Assembly (NCBI GenBank): GCA_003971905.1
Contig: RSEE01000153.1
Location: forward strand, 1-64,000
Direction of reading: 5' to 3'
DNA length: 64,000 nt
DNA from: Moniliella sp. 'wahieum'
Lineage: Eukaryota
In this document: in pieces, positions 52,023 to 63,880 of the stretch
Layout: each line of letters opens with the position of its first letter
Position numbering within the stretch: position 1 is the stretch's first letter
Made by a program: the position numbers and the translations under genes
Notes under the pieces: model-generated
What the model was told of the DNA's origin: nothing
Seen by the model: only the letters and a program-made list of their open reading frames with translations
Databases searched by the model: none

Positions 52023-53974
52023 TGGGGGGCGAGATGGTGGGGATGAAGAGGGATGCTAAGCGCCTTTCCCCGCAGGTCTGTGCTTTAAATACGAGTGTGG
52101 GGCTGGCGATGCGATGATCGATGATCGATGAGAGCCTGTTAAACATGAACGTGATGAGGTAAGGGCTGATAAGGGGCGCAGTGCCTGGCCCAGTTGTTAA
52201 TATTAAACCCGCGCACTTGCGAATCCACTCAGGCTTATTCAGGTTCACGGCGGGCTCAGCGCTCACTGAGCGCGCTCAGCGCCAGCTCAGCTAAGATGGC
52301 AGCAGCAACAGACACAGAGGTTGATTGGTCTGCGGATCCATCCCTACATTCGCCCCGATGAGGTCGATGTGGCCTGAGGCCCTGAGGCCTGATATATCTG
52401 AGCCAGCCTTAGGAGACGACTGTGATGACCAGATGGAGCACCTTATTGATGAGAATTGACCAACCACAAAGCGTGTGTACTCCCAGAGTTGCACACAGCC
52501 CCCCTACTTCTTAAACACCCTTCTCTGATCCTATCATGATAATCCCAAGAAAACAGCTCTTTGGGGCTACTTACTCGTCGACTGAACGCTCAGATCGTTA
52601 CGCGTTATATCGCTGCATGTTTTTGCCTCTGCCACAGTGAGACCTCATCTCGAGAGTGCGTGCGACAGTCATCAAGAAATGTATGACGCTCATTTCGTCT
52701 GCCGTCTCGAGTGTGTGGGGGCGTGGGGTCAGTTTTGAGTTCAATGATCAGAGATGCAGCCAAGTCTTTTGTCCAGTCATTTGTTGGACTGCCAAAGTTA
52801 ATCATTGAATAACTATAACAGAGACCGCCTGCTGTCATGAAACTGTTTCCGCTATCAGAAGACCCTATTTCCTCTAGGAGGGCAGAGGGGGGCAGCCTGG
52901 GACAGCGCAAAGAAGAAGCACAGTACCAGCTTTGATTGTCCGGGTTGTCCGCGTTGTTGGTTGTCCGCTTTGTTGGTTGCTGGGGCCACTATGCGACACA
53001 GTGTGGAAGAAAAGAGAGGTGCGGGCTGCTGTGGGGAGAAACAGTAGTAGTCAGGATTATGAGGGCGAAGCACTTTTGCTGGGTGGCACAGGGTGACAAA
53101 GGTAGTAGTTATTACTCTTGCACATTGTGCTGCCGGTTGAGGTGAGGAGGCGACCCTCCGGAGCTGCGGGTAATACATGTTTTCCAGAAGAGCACCGAGG
53201 CGCCTGAGGCCTACTGAAGCCAGTATTGAGTTGATTGAAAGCAGGAAGAGCAGGCCATAATGGTCGCTGGTGGCGCTGGACGGGATCCACAGGAGCGCTG
53301 GCACAACCGCACAGTCATCTCAAGCTCTAGAATGCACACATGCCATGTATTGGTATTTTAGGGCCGCCGTAGAGTGGCGACCTAATATACTGGTTGCAGT
53401 CTGTGTCGGGGGCAAGAGCTCGGCCGAGCCCAAGCGGGTGCAGGTGCAAGTATGGACCAAGCCGTAATCTGTAGCGGGCACGGTGCGACGGCCGGAGGTT
53501 GGTGCCGGGGGGGAGGGGGAGGGGGTGCGCCTCTCCAGACCGATGGGGGCGACCTGAGGCTGAGGTCTGGGCTACTGAGTATACGGAGGCCCTGAGGGAT
53601 CCTGGGATCTGAGATCGGACCAGGTGCCCAGGGCGCCGCTGAGCTCATCCACCACGTGACCGTTTCAAATTGCACAAGCCCCTTTTTCAAAGTTCAGCTC
53701 AGGCATCGTCGCGCAGGTGCCACTGCTGGGGCCAATTAGTAAGACTGGCGAGGTGCCCGTCAGTGGACTGCGCTGGCTGGGCACAGGCGCAGCGCCAGTG
53801 TGCGGAAAGGCCCGGGTGGGCGAGGCTGGCGCCGTGGCGCGGTGGCAGCAGCGCACGCCAGCACCCGGGCGGCACAGCGCGACACAGGCGGCACGCAGCA
53901 GCCGCACCTCGTGCGCCTCTGGGCTGCCTCGCCTGTCTTTTCTTCCCACCGCCTCTGCTGCCCGCCGAGCCGCC

Positions 53975-55639
53975 ATGTACGCTGCCCGCAACGCTCTGCG
54001 TCTGTCGCCCGCCCCCCCTCCGCGCGCTGCCCCCTGCCGGAAAGGCCTTCCTCACCACCGCCGCAAGGCCGCTGCGCCTGCGGCTGTCCGGGCCCAAGCG
54101 GTCGCTCCTGCCGCCGCCAAGCTCCAGAGTACGTGCCTTTTGTCCTTCCCTGCTGCCTCGGTCGTTCAATCGTTCCCGAAATACTCACCATGACTCCCGC
54201 TTAGCCCGTGGCCTGGCTACGCCCGCCGTGAGGCCCTTCAGGTCGGCGCGATCCGCACCGTCATTGGCCCCGTTGTCGACGTGCACTTTGACACGGACGC
54301 GCTTCCCCCCATTCTCAATGCCCTCGAGGTGGAGGGCACCGAGAACAAGCTGATTCTCGAGGTTGCTATGCACTTGGGTGAGAACACTGTTCGTGCTATT
54401 GCCATGGACGGTACCGAGGGTCTTGTCCGTGGCCAGAAGGTGAAGGACACTGGTGCCCCCATCACCATCCCCGTCGGCCCCGAGACGCTCGGCCGTATCA
54501 TCAACGTCATTGGTGAGCCCATCGACGAGCGTGGTCCGATCAGGCGGCCCACCACTCTCGATCCACCGCGAACCCCCTGAGTTTGTCGACCAGTCGACCG
54601 ACGCTGAGATTCTTGCCACGGGTATCAAGGTCGTCGACCTGCTTGCCCCCTATGCCCGTGGTGGTAAGATTGGTCTGTTCGGCGGTGCCGGTGTCGGCAA
54701 GACGGTGCTGATTCAGGAGCTGATCAACAACGTTGCTAAGGCCCCGGTGGTTACTCGGTCTTTACTGGTGTGGGTGAACGCACGCGTGAGGGCAATGACC
54801 TGTACCACGAAATGATTGAGACGGGTGTTATCCAGCTCGACGGAGAGTCCAAGGTGGCCCTCGTGTTCGGTCAGATGAACGAGCCCCCTGGCGCCCGTGC
54901 CCGTGTCGCCCTTACCGGCCTTACGATTGCCGAGTACTTCCGTGACATTGAGGGCCAGGATGTGCTTCTGTTTATCGACAACATTTTCCGTTTCACCCAG
55001 GCTGGTTCGGAGACCTCGGCTTTGCTCGGCCGTATTCCCTCGGCTGTGGGGTACCAGCCTACCCTGGCTACGGACATGGGTGCCATGCAGGAGCGGATTA
55101 CCACGACCAAGAAGGGTTCGATACCTCGGTGCAGGCCGTGTACGTGCCGGCTGACGACTTGACTGACCCTGCTCCGGCCACGACGTTTGCCACTTGGACG
55201 CGACGACTGTGCTGGCGCGTAACATTGCCGAGCTGGGTATCTACCCCGCGTCGACCCTCTGGCGTCCAAGTCGCGTAGCTCGACCCCCAGATTGTCGGCA
55301 AGGAGCACTACGACACGGCCAATGGCGTGCAGAAGCTGCTGCAGGCTACAAGTCGTCCAGGACATCATTGCCATTCTGGGTATGGACGAATTGTCCGAGG
55401 CGGACAAGCTTACGGTCGAGCGTGCGCGTAAGATGCAGCGTTTTATGTCGCAGCCCTTTGCTGTGGCCCAGGTGTTCACGGGTATCGAGGGCAAGCTGGT
55501 TCCCCTCCAAGACACGATCAAGGCGTGCAAGGAGATTCTCGCCGGTCTGCACGACGACAAGCCCGAGGGCGCCTTCTACATGGTGGGCTCCATTGAGGAC
55601 GTTGCAGCTAAGGCCGAGGAAGTGGCCAAGCAGGCTTAA
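53975..55639 (+). CDS. ATP2: Mitochondrial F1 ATP synthase beta subunit
   Basis: Arg/Ala-rich presequence; intron 54129-54204; [79 protein letters not shown]. Confidence 0.97.
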
Positions 55640-55787
55640 TTTGTCTGCCCTTTCTCGTTCTTCCCCGGATCTGCTCCGGGCATGGATATAGGTGCACAAT
55701 CCACAAATATCAATGCCTTCCTTGCCAACTTTGTCTTTCCGTCCTCTATAGCGCTCCGATGATTGATGATGATAATGAGGCCTGTTT

Positions 55788-56864
55788 TTAGCCATCTCCT
55801 TCATCATCCCCAAAGTCGGCCCCGCTCTGTACGCCACCCGTTTGAAAGGGAAAGCCAGAAAAGGAGACAGGTTCGAGCTCCGGGCTCGCCTTGATTTCCG
55901 GCTCTGACCCAGTCCATGATACACCCGCCACACTGAGTTGGATCTCTACCACCCCGACCTCCACCGTCCAGGGTCCCAGGTTGGGTCGTTGCTCTGGGCT
56001 GGTGGAGGCGTGGTGCCAATCATCATCTTCCAAGCGTTGGTCACCCGGTAAAGTCAGTGTCAGAGAGACAGTCCGATCTATTGCCGCCAAGAGAAAGAGG
56101 GTCAGGGGAAACAACGACAGTTGCGCATCGAGGGGAAGCGTACCTTGATCTGGTCCTGGTGGAGGGAACTGATCCAGGTGCAAAAGGTGGACAAGGAGGG
56201 ATCGAAAGTGTAGCTGCAGCGTCGCGCGAGACAGCGTAAGGTCGCTATGGGATCCGTGGGCAGTCAGTTGGTCGCCCGGCACACGTGCTGGGGGACACCA
56301 GCAAGCCCTCTTCATCAGCGGTTGGGCGGCTTCCACGTACCTCTCAACCGGGATGGTGCGGAAAGTGTAGCGTTCGTACACCTCATCCGATACCCGGTTG
56401 TGAATCTTTAGCCCAATCTCCCCCTCAAACTCCGATTGGAGTAGCTGTGCACGCATGGTGATGAGCGCTTCCCCAAAGTACTGGCTCACACCGGGGTGGC
56501 GCGTCTGCCAGACGGGCAGGTTGTACTTGCGCCGCTGGGCAAAGGATTCTGATGCCGAAAAGTCAGTAGGGTCGGAACGCCTCGCACTGGGTATCACACA
56601 CCTGCAGGATAGATCTGGCGGGTCTTGAGGATGCATTGGATCGCCACCTCGACTGCGTGAGAGAGGCGGGGGGGAGTTAGGGCGAGGAGCACATGGGCCA
56701 GGACAGACGTACCAAACTCGATCAGCTCTTGGGCCACATCTGGACCGACAGTTAGGAAAAGAAGCATATACCGCACGACATCGAGTAGGGAACATACCTT
56801 GCCTCGTCAATCCTGCAGGATGCGAACGCTGGTGTGCCCGCGTGCGCGGTGTTGGGCGAAGCAT
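55788..56864 (-). CDS. REV7: HORMA-domain protein Rev7/MAD2L2 (DNA polymerase zeta accessory subunit), multi-intron
   Basis: Spliced exons give DVAQELIEF (27-nt exon at 56713-56739), VEVAIQCILKTRQIYPA, ESFAQRRKYNLPVWQTRHPGVSQY and later YERYTF. Confidence 0.8.
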   Translation of the reverse strand: MLRPTPRTRAHQRSHPAGLTRQGMFPTRCRAVYASFPNCRSRCGPRADRVWYVCPGPCAPRPNSPPPLSRSRGGDPMHPQDPPDLSCRCVIPSARRSDPTDFSASESFAQRRKYNLPVWQTRHPGVSQYFGEALITMRAQLLQSEFEGEIGLKIHNRVSDEVYERYTFRTIPVERYVEAAQPLMKRACWCPPARVPGDQLTAHGSHSDLTLSRATLQLHFRSLLVHLLHLDQFPPPGPDQGTLPLDAQLSLFPLTLFLLAAIDRTVSLTLTLPGDQRLEDDDWHHASTSPEQRPNLGPWTVEVGVVEIQLSVAGVSWTGSEPEIKASPELEPVSFSGFPFQTGGVQSGADFGDDEGDG

Positions 56865-57645
56865 GGTGGAAGGCAATGGATGGACAGATAGACAGACACG
56901 ATGTCATGTACGCGGCTGCCCGCGGTCACTGAGAGGAGTCGCCCACCCAAGCGTCACCAGCTCGTGTCACGTGACTTGGAAAGGAATTTCAAGTTGCAAG
57001 CTTCGGCCGTGCAAGCTGCAAGCTGCAACAATTGCATCCTATAGACTGGCCTTCTTCGGCACCCCAAGGCTATCCAAATGAATGGTCCCAGCAGCTGGGC
57101 TAAAAGCAACAACCTCTCTTCAGGAGCGAGCCAGTCTCCGATGATCCACACACCTCCAAAACATATACTCTTTGTGAGAAACCGCATGTGTGGGGGGGCT
57201 ATAGAAAAGTAATATAGAGGGAGATATAAATATAGATGATGAAGCTTAAAAGCACACCCTCACTATAGAATGCCCGCACTATTCTTCCCTTGCATTTGCG
57301 CTTTCCCAATCCCGACCCAGCATGAACGCCGCGAAGAAGACTCATGCGATTGGGAAAGGCAGGATCCGTCTTTGGTCCAGCTCAAGCAACAAACCGTCGC
57401 AGATTGTGGCGAAGATGATGGTTTTGATGTTGCAATATTAAGACTTTTATCCTACCCTACTTCCGATTTCTATAATTTTCGTACACATGAGATCCGTGGT
57501 TCATTCACATCATCATTCGCATTGTCATGGGTGTGTGGATTCTCCCCAGCGTCTCGCTATTTGGCAGAAGAAGCTTCCACTTCAATTGTCCTCCAGCTCG
57601 GTCCGGATTGAAAGAGTGTTTCCCCCTTAACCGTGTCGTTCTCCC

Positions 57646-59214
57646 TCAATGAGCCCAAGTACCACCAGTTCTTCCAATCTTCACCTTTGCTGTGCTTGCG
57701 CTAACCTTTGCTCCGTTCTTCACCTTGTCCGTGCTTGTGCCCGCCTGTCCGTAAGTTGCAGCCCTCTGCTCCGGAATGGCTTCGTTCTCATTCGAAACGG
57801 AACGGTAATACCCGGTTAACGGAACCACATCCAATGTTGAGCTCATGGGGTCGCCTTCCTCGGACACGGTGGTATGTTCCTTTTTGGCTAGTTCTTCGAT
57901 CTGTTTGCACCACAGCTTCATATCGCTGTGGCTGTCAGCCCGAAATACATGCGTCTTGTCACTCCAGAAACTGAGCATAGAAGCGCAGTCGTCCGGTGTG
58001 CCCGTAGTGAGGTTAAACCTGTGACCCTTCTCTGAGGTGTAGGGAAGAGTGCTCAAGGTGCAGTGGGGAAGGAAGAGGAGAGTATCGGCTTAGAATGTTT
58101 AGACCTGTCGGAGGTATGGTACTGTTGGAGAAAGCCGGCCTTGGTGATAACAAAATATGATCGATTGTATGCCTTAGTAAAGCGGTTCTTACGCTTCAGC
58201 GTCCCCTCGAACCTTGGAACCACCAAGGCGTCCTCCTTGCCCGGGTATTTGACCGTATCGGGATTGAAAGGCTGACTGTCAGGGTCGATAAACTGGCCTG
58301 AGTGAGCCGAGGCAAGCGAATCCCACTCTACTGTGGGTGAGAGATCTTCCATCTGTTCACCAAGCGAAGCCCATCGTTGCTGCACATCGGTTGCCATGCG
58401 GCCAGACTCCCGGTCAAAGGAATGCCACGCTTCTTGGATGGTTCCGACAATTTGACCTTCAAGCTGTTCGGAGTTCCTCTGCATGTTAATCGTTGACTTT
58501 TGCAACTCATTCTCTTGCTTGATTTGTTGTTCCATCTGGAGCGTCACGGCTATGTTTCGCACCCACGGATCATCGCGCCCCGAGATGTTCGTGGGGTCCT
58601 GATGCTTGCAACGTGAAATGGCCTTGGAAAGTTCAGCCACTGCCTTGGCGGTGGCCTTGCGCTCCCTGTCCGCGCAGATAGCCAGCTGTGCCGTTTCCTC
58701 CCGAATGTTGGAGATGTGGTTGTTGATGTCCTTGCAACGGTCGTTGAGGTTCCGAACGATCAATCGCTCCACTGTCTGAGCTATGCTGTCATGCGCTTCG
58801 CTAATCGAGCGTGTCTGGTCACGAATGGCAGCAAGTACGCTTTGAAATCCCCCTTCGTTGAGGAGCTGGCTTCCTTCTGGAACTGGGACTTGGATCACGC
58901 TTCCCGCATCGTTGAGCTGACGGGCAGTGTCCCTCTCAAGTTTGGCGACACTCTGGAAGTACGTGAGGAGTTGTGTGGTGATGCTTTGCCATGCTGTACA
59001 TAGAGAGGAGGTGAATCCGATTAGTGTAAGATATAGGAATGATTAATGAGGGCCAATGTCAGAGAGAGAGGCAGAAGGAATGACATACCGGTAAAGCGTT
59101 TGATGTACAGGTCGCTAGCCTTGACCTGTTCAGCGCTCAGCGTTGGTGAAGACCAGCCCTCAGCGTCTTCGACGTGTGATGGGATACCTGTCCGTTCAGG
59201 CTCTGGGCTGGCAT
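57646..59214 (-). CDS. Slm1-like BAR + PH domain phosphoinositide-binding protein
   Basis: Coiled-coil region (IQVPVPEG..EGGFQSV..IRDQT, DDPWVRN, QIKQENELQ) followed by a PH domain (EGTLKRKNRFTKAYNRSYFVITKAGFLQQY, HVFRADSHSDMKLWCKQI); an intron near 59003-59090. Confidence 0.8.
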
Positions 59215-59250
59215 GGTGAGTATGAAGTCGTTGTGGATGCTGATGGGCAA

Positions 59251-59345
59251 GATGGAGGCAGAGAGGTGATGGTAGGAAAGATGGAGGCAGGGCAGATGGT
59301 GGACACGATGGAGGCAGGGGAGATGGTGGGCAAGATGGAGATAGA
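59251..59345. repeat. ~27-bp tandem repeat (gatggaggcagggNagatggtgg...), about three copies, just upstream of the Slm1-like ATG
   Basis: Read directly from the sequence. Confidence 0.75.
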
Positions 59346-60622
59346 CGGAAGGGGCGCAGCACGCGCACACTATATATATATGCTCTGTTTTTGTGTGGAC
59401 GTTGCCTTCATTGACCTCACATCGAAAACCGCGTATTATTGTACACTTGAGTAGAGGCGTGCTAGGCAGAGCCCCTGTGTTGGGTATATTGCAGGAGAGC
59501 GCCCAATGATTAGTTGTATAGCCAACGTTGTATAGCCGTATTCTACAACGGAGCTTGTTAGTACTGGAACAAAAAAGCACGCTGCGCCTAAACGGGCCTG
59601 CTCATCACCCCCTCACCGGTCACCCGGGGCGTGCTGCTTGTGGGCGCCAAAGCCCAATTAGGAAACAACAAGTGGAGTCTCCAGCAGGCTGTAAGGTGTT
59701 AGGCATATCAGGGCCCTCTAGCGGGCACTTTCTAGAGCGCGTGCATACGGGAGAGCGTGCGGTAGGATGTGAAGCTTGAAGAGCCATGTGAGCGGTGACT
59801 GATGAACGTGATGAACCATCTCCAACAAAATGTGTGATATCTTCGCGTCGTCATCGCGTCATAACCAAAAAGGGAAGAAAGGCTCTTGAGTATACCTCTT
59901 GGGCTGCCGTGTTTCTCCGGCTCTCACAGTCGGTAGACCAAGTTTGCCTCGGTTCCACAGTTTTCCACGCTGCGGGTATTGTCCCACCGTTGTGGCACTG
60001 GCCCTGTGGGCCTGGCAGTTTCTCCTGTATGCCTCACTGGTCCTGTGCCTAGTCGGGCCTCTCCGCATCCGGACCCAACTCTCTGGCTCCAATCCATCAC
60101 CTTCTCATCCTTCTGTTTATCCGGTCCTATATGCCAACAGCATCCATGGCACTTGGCGTTACTGTCGCAGTCTGCTTACCGGGACTAGACCGACGTGGTC
60201 CCACATACGGCCCCCAGATCGGCTGACTGAGCCCTGATCTCTTTAGAGAGTCTGTTTCCCCCCATTTTGTCTATGCTCTCTTCCTTCTCCATGTGACGCA
60301 ATCATGACCCCTTCATCTCCCAGCTCGCCTCCTTTCTACTTTTTGATTAATATGCTCTCCAACATTTCCCTGCCATCATCATCTCCTGATAGGCCGCGGT
60401 TACTAGGCCCTAGTACTTTTGGCCATAAAAAACCCATATGATAGTGAGGCTGTGCTGAATCAGCTCTCGCTCCCATATTTTCTTTTTCTTGCCTCTTACG
60501 CACGCACGCGGTTGCTTCATTCCCACTGTCGCTCCGCTCTGGTTTTCCTCGCCTTCAAGCGGAATGGCGGCATTATCACTGTTGTGCAATCTTACCGTCA
60601 ACAGACGAGAGCTGGACCAGAG

Positions 60623-61650
60623 ATGCCTGTTGTTAGCGCGCCGCCTAACTCCGGGCTGCGCACCCCGTGCGATGTCTCCCCGTCTGCTTTACCGGCGCCT
60701 GCCGCCGAGCGGCGCATCGAAGAGACCCGCCCGTTGCACCAGTACTTGGCGAGGGAGCCTCATCAGAACCAGGTCTGCCTTGCTGGAGGGGAAGACCAGC
60801 ACCACGTCTTTGACACGGCGCTCGATGGTGAGGAGGTCCGTCTGGCCGAGTCGGCGCGGAAGGCGCAGACTGGCAACGAGGCCCTCACCTGGGTCGATCA
60901 CTTTGGCTCGGAGGCCGCGCCATCGAAGGAGGCGCGCACCGCATCCTTCCTCCAGTCCCATACTATGTGCCATGCGGCCATGGTGGAGCAACGGGATAAG
61001 CAACACTCAGCGCAGGAGGCGTTCGAGCAGTTCCGCCAGCTCAGGCAGACGGGATCCGCAGCCGACTACTGTGCTATGTTCATGGCCCTGTTGGGTCGCT
61101 GGAACCCCTCAGCGACGGCCGAGTGCCGGTACTGGCACTTCATGTACGGTTTGAAGCCGCGGGTGCGCGAAGCCATTGCTGCCCACGGCACGTCGACCCA
61201 TTTGGACCAGATTTCTTTCGAGGAATTATGCACGGTAGCCATCGACATCGACCAGTCCCACTCGCTGGGCGCACATGGCACCGCGTTCCCCCGGCTTCGG
61301 TCGGTTTGAATTTGTCTCCTCGGCTCTCATCTCCCGAGCCTATGCAACTCAGAAGGGCTACCGATGCCAACGAAGCAGCAGCCCGGCGCGTCGAGCGCCG
61401 AGATATAGGGGTCTGTTTCTACTGCGGCACTCGCGGTCACTTTGTTGCCGAATGCCCCCGTCGTCCCCGCCACCTCCGGCAAAAGGCCCCCGCCGCTGAT
61501 TTAACTAGGTAGCTGGGGGTCACTCTCACACCGAATTCTGACGCTCTCGCCCACCCCCATTCTGGTCCCCTCATCAGTATCTGTGTGTTTTCCCCTACGA
61601 TCACGTATTACCGTAGCCTGGTCAACTCAGGTGCGCACAGTGTATTCATG
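60623..61650 (+). mobile_element. Ty3/Gypsy gag (capsid-like region + CCHC knuckle) followed by a degenerate aspartic-protease stub; no RT/IN visible
   Basis: LRQTGSAADY..F, FMYGLKPRVR, AIDID; then (frameshift) PEPMQL and CFYCGTRGHFVAECP; downstream SLVNSGAHSVF resembles the LxDSGA protease motif with D to N. Confidence 0.8.
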
Positions 61651-62139
61651 GGCCTTGGCAGGCGAGTGGCGAGCAAGTCTGCCAGCAGAAGTTGTGGGCT
61701 CAACCTGTTAAGGGGAAGTGAGAGATGGTGGTGTGTTCATTCAGAGAAGTCCGACGCAGACTGGTAGACATAGGAGGGGAGAGAAGACGGAGAGAATAAA
61801 GGGGGTGGGTACGTGATCTGATCATGTAGCCATGTGCCGGTCTGCTTTACGTGCCCACGCTGGCACCACTCCTCATCCAATTATGAGTTTCTGTTTCCCT
61901 CATCTCCGACCTCATAGTCACCCCTCTCTCCTCGGGCCCGCGGGACAGTTGGTGTTATACGCTCCACACGAACGTGCAAAGAAAAAGTCTTCTCGTATGC
62001 GGCCGAGAAGCGCTTCTCACATTCGACGCAGCTAATGAAAACGCACAACCCTCTCTCTGCCAGATGGTACACTCTATCAGTAGTTTAGACTGCGCCACCG
62101 GCGGTCAGACAGACGGTCAGAGGAGCGGGTCAGGGGCCA

Positions 62140-63880
62140 AGGCTACCATGCATGATGGGAGTTTGCAATTTCAGCACCGGTGCAACATATATGGTGCACT
62201 CCGCATGATGCATGTGACGTATGATAAGCGATAATCGATAAGAGATCGATAAGACCGATGATCGATGGGCTGTTAATTACTGGATGTGTGAGTGATGGAA
62301 CTGGATGAGTGTGTTGAGTCACTGGGTGACTCGTCGTGTGTTATGCATGTTATCATGCATGTTACCAGTTACTAGTTACTTCAGTCCCTCCTCAGGCTGA
62401 GGCCTCAGGCCACCTCAGGCGTAGGAATTCCATTGGCTTCTCGCCTCTGCTTCCTTATTCCGCATCAGCGCATCAGCCTGCCTGCCTATTATAGCTTCCG
62501 GGCAGCGACTGCTGGCTGCTTGCTGTACCTCTGTAGGTGTTTTGTTGCTTGGCTTTGGCCACCACCACAAATGCGATTGCATCACCGTCGAGGGCCATCA
62601 CATGTCACAGGATCCCAGGTCTCAACAGAGTGGGAAGTGAGCGAGTTCTCGGCCTCCGCCTTTGCCCCAGCAGTCTGAGGAGTGTAGGGGACACGACGAG
62701 GTAATCGTGTTCGGATGCAGACGCGGACAGAAGGTGAAAACAGATGGGGGTGACCGGTGACCGATCAAGCTTGAAGCTCTTGAAGAGAAGAAAAAGGGCA
62801 ACCCACACCGAACCAGGAACACCCGGAACACAGCGCAGCACCCGTGTCTCACAGCCGGGACTAAAAGGCGAGGGAGACCAGAGGCGGGACTAGGCCAGGG
62901 GATGTAGCAATTGTTCGTGGGGAAGAAGCAAGAGCAGAGGACATGGTGCGAAGCGAAGAACAGGCAAGGAGCGAGACGCTCGGGACGAAGAAATTGGAAA
63001 TTTGAACGAGACCAGCCAAACTAAGAGACCGTGCTCGTCTCCGCACAAATCGGTTGTACGGTATGCCTGTTGTGTTGTACAGTGCATCGGACAGCTGAGA
63101 CGTGACGCGTGATACTCCACGTGGTTTGTTTTGAGAGCGCGGAATTTGATCATTCTTGGCCCCCGTTCCTCTGAGATCTGAGCGCCTGAGCTCCGCGGTC
63201 TAGGTTTGAAATTGAGCAAGCTTAGAGTATCATGCATCACTAACCACAGGTCACCGGACAGAGGTAACCAGTAAGTAGCTTGCCATCATGGATCACGCCT
63301 CACGGCCTTCGACCGCCCGATCTTTTTTAGGGCCTGAGCCTGAGCCTGAGACCTGAGGCTCAGGTCTGGGGTAGTGGTGCTGTGCGGTGTGTATAGTGCT
63401 CAACAGCTGAGCCTGGGCCAGAGCGCTCACGCGCTCACGCGTCACGCGTCACGACGACCCATCCCGCGGTCCCGACGCTTCGATCTTTTTGCGGGGGGGG
63501 GAGGCCCAGGGCGTTGGCTGACGCGCTGACGTGCTTTGCAGTCCGCAGCGTTCAAACCCAAGTTGAGGCCGTTCTGAATTCTAGTTACTAGTTAGGGCTG
63601 TTAGGGCTTAGCTGAAAGCGCCGAAACCAGCTCGAAACTTTTCCAGGCACGACCGCCAACTTGTAAACACCAGCCAGCGGAAGAAAAACGGCGTAACCCC
63701 GACTGGAAAGCGCAAGGTGCGCAAGTGCTAACCAGCAAGAGGCTAACCAGCAAGAGCACGCCTTCCAACAGTGCTCATGCATCATGCATCCTGAACGCAT
63801 AGGCTGCTCTCCAGTGCCTGAGGAAACTTGGGTGGATCCATTGAATGTAGGCCTCAGCGCCTCAGCGCCTCAGGACCAAG
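62140..63880. repeat. Patches of symmetric heptamers at the right end
   Basis: (AGTTACT)2 at 62367-62380; cctcagg/ctgagg cluster at 62388-62420; gtgaccggtgacc near 62750; (CGTCACG)2 at 63440-63453; catgcatcatgcat near 63776. Confidence 0.85.

Noticed and set aside
62600..62945. Possible F-box-like gene start on the minus strand (LLLLPHEQLLH)
   Set aside because: Stops in all frames and the similarity is too weak to support.
63590..63612. Telomeric TTAGGG repeats
   Set aside because: Only two non-adjacent copies, which is compatible with chance.
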